From positions 39,588-103,587 of the forward strand of contig JBCBZJ010000010.1 in the NCBI GenBank assembly GCA_039815375.1: DNA of 64,000 nt, read 5' to 3'. Shown here in pieces: positions 62,719-64,000 of this stretch. The stretch comes from Verrucomicrobiota bacterium (GTDB taxonomy: Bacteria > Verrucomicrobiota > Verrucomicrobiia > Opitutales > Coraliomargaritaceae). A program made the position numbers and the translations under genes. The first letter of the stretch is position 1; every line of letters starts with the position of its first letter. The notes below the pieces were generated by a model. It searched no databases, was not told the origin of the DNA, and saw nothing but the letters and a program-made list of their open reading frames with translations.

Positions 62719-64000
62719 TCACAGGCAGTCCAGAGGGCTGAGCGTCCGATCCTTCTGATCCTCCATGACATGGAGGTAGATCATCGTCGTCTCGATACAG
62801 GTATGCCCGAGGAATTCCTGCACTGTTCGAATATTCGTTCCATTCTCCAGCAGGTGAGTCGCATAGCTATGACGCAGGATGTGCGAGTTCGATCGCTTGG
62901 GAATCTCCGCTATTGCAGCCGCTCTTGATACTTCCTTCTGATAAGCCCGTGGCAGGAGATGGTGTCTTCGCTTTGCTGCGTTGGCCGCTCCTCTCGGGTC
63001 TCTGGACAAGCGGTCCAGAGGAAAGACCCAAAACCACTCCCAGCGTTGGCCAGCCTTCGGCATCTTTTTTTCAAGCGCACCCGGCATGTAAACACCCGGC
63101 ACCTTAGCGGTCCGATCTGCCTCATGCAGAGGCCTTATTTTGGCGAAATGATCCACCAACGTTTCACGCAACGACCTAGGCAACGGCACACAGCGATCCT
63201 TGTCACCTTTTGAGGCACGAATATAGAGTTTTCCACGCTCCAGATCGACATCCTTGACGCGTAAGCGGCACACCTCCGAGACCCGCAAACCGCAGCCATA
63301 CTGCAGCCGAGCCATCAGGGACCACTTACCCCGCACCTGTGCCAAAAGTCGGCGAATCTCGCCCTTCGAATAAACAACCGGATAATACTTCCTAGGGTTT
63401 GCCTGCACATAGTCACTAAAGTCCCCAAGCGTCATCTTGCGCACCTCACGCAGGAAGAACACCCCCGCATTCAGAGCCTGCTTTTGAGTAGAAGGAGAAA
63501 TCCCCTCCTCCACTGCCAGATAACTCAGGAATCGCTTGAGGTCCTCTTCGCTAAAATCTTCGAGTCCATCCTTGCTACCCTGAAAACGCTCCATCCGCCG
63601 AATCCAACCAAGATAGGTCTCCTCCGTCCGCAGCGCCATATGCCGCACCCGCATCAGTCGCACCGTTTCCTCATACCACGGATCAATTGGTGCCTTTTCC
63701 TGTATCTCCGATACTGTGTGAGCATACCGCTGACGCCCGTCTGAAAATTTAGTGGCGTCCACCGAATCCCCTGACGACCGAGCAAGCTGCGCCTTCGTTG
63801 GCTCAGTCGACTGTTCAGCCATCGCTTGGCTTGGGGCGCGGTCCCGCGTATTCACCCGCCTCGGTGCCTCCCGGAAGAACCAGTTCAGCCCACGAGTCCA
63901 CTGCTTGAGTTGCCATTCCTCCGGTCGCCGCTTTTCCACCAGATTCTCGACGAAATCGCGGGCCGAAGTCGTCGTCGCCGGACAACACTCCCGTTTCAGA
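62719..64000 (-). CDS. intI: Integron integrase (tyrosine recombinase), 5' end beyond the window
   Basis: YGCGLRVSE, SKGDKDR, HILRHSYATHLL, QEFLGH, TTMIY, plus the IntI-specific insert WFWVFP..LSRDPR...RRHH; frame stays open to base 64000. Confidence 0.92.
   Translation of the reverse strand, partial: LKRECCPATTTSARDFVENLVEKRRPEEWQLKQWTRGLNWFFREAPRRVNTRDRAPSQAMAEQSTEPTKAQLARSSGDSVDATKFSDGRQRYAHTVSEIQEKAPIDPWYEETVRLMRVRHMALRTEETYLGWIRRMERFQGSKDGLEDFSEEDLKRFLSYLAVEEGISPSTQKQALNAGVFFLREVRKMTLGDFSDYVQANPRKYYPVVYSKGEIRRLLAQVRGKWSLMARLQYGCGLRVSEVCRLRVKDVDLERGKLYIRASKGDKDRCVPLPRSLRETLVDHFAKIRPLHEADRTAKVPGVYMPGALEKKMPKAGQRWEWFWVFPLDRLSRDPRGAANAAKRRHHLLPRAYQKEVSRAAAIAEIPKRSNSHILRHSYATHLLENGTNIRTVQEFLGHTCIETTMIYLHVMEDQKDRTLSPLDCL

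Overview
Bacterial chromosomal window of about 50% GC. Gene content suggests Verrucomicrobiota (Opitutia/Puniceicoccales-like), but this is inferred and not checked. Most of it is housekeeping and signalling genes: glgA (partial), a GH13 debranching enzyme, rodA, RNase E/G, gltX, glnS, galK, manC, ruvX, ptsI, ispE/ispD, pyrF, aroK, a Dus enzyme, tRNA-Gly(TCC), four histidine kinases, a TetR-controlled RND efflux operon with MATE, and an integron integrase cut by the right edge. The standout is 22.5-31.6 kb. An unannotated 45-aa peptide gene (27432-27569, minus) has a near-consensus sigma70 promoter and a signal-peptide-like N-terminus. It is followed by a terminator-like hairpin, a minimal stand-alone YcaO-like enzyme and an unknown protein. 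Flanking these are a beta-propeller/Y_Y_Y hybrid kinase with Hpt, a TonB-dependent receptor and a LuxR/NarL response regulator. The same 16-bp palindrome T(A/G)GTC-N6-GACTA occurs in three intergenic regions of the locus. Together this looks like a modified-peptide (RiPP) signalling or autoinduction circuit in a Gram-negative bacterium; that function is a hypothesis. All product calls come from motif recognition by eye, with no database searches.
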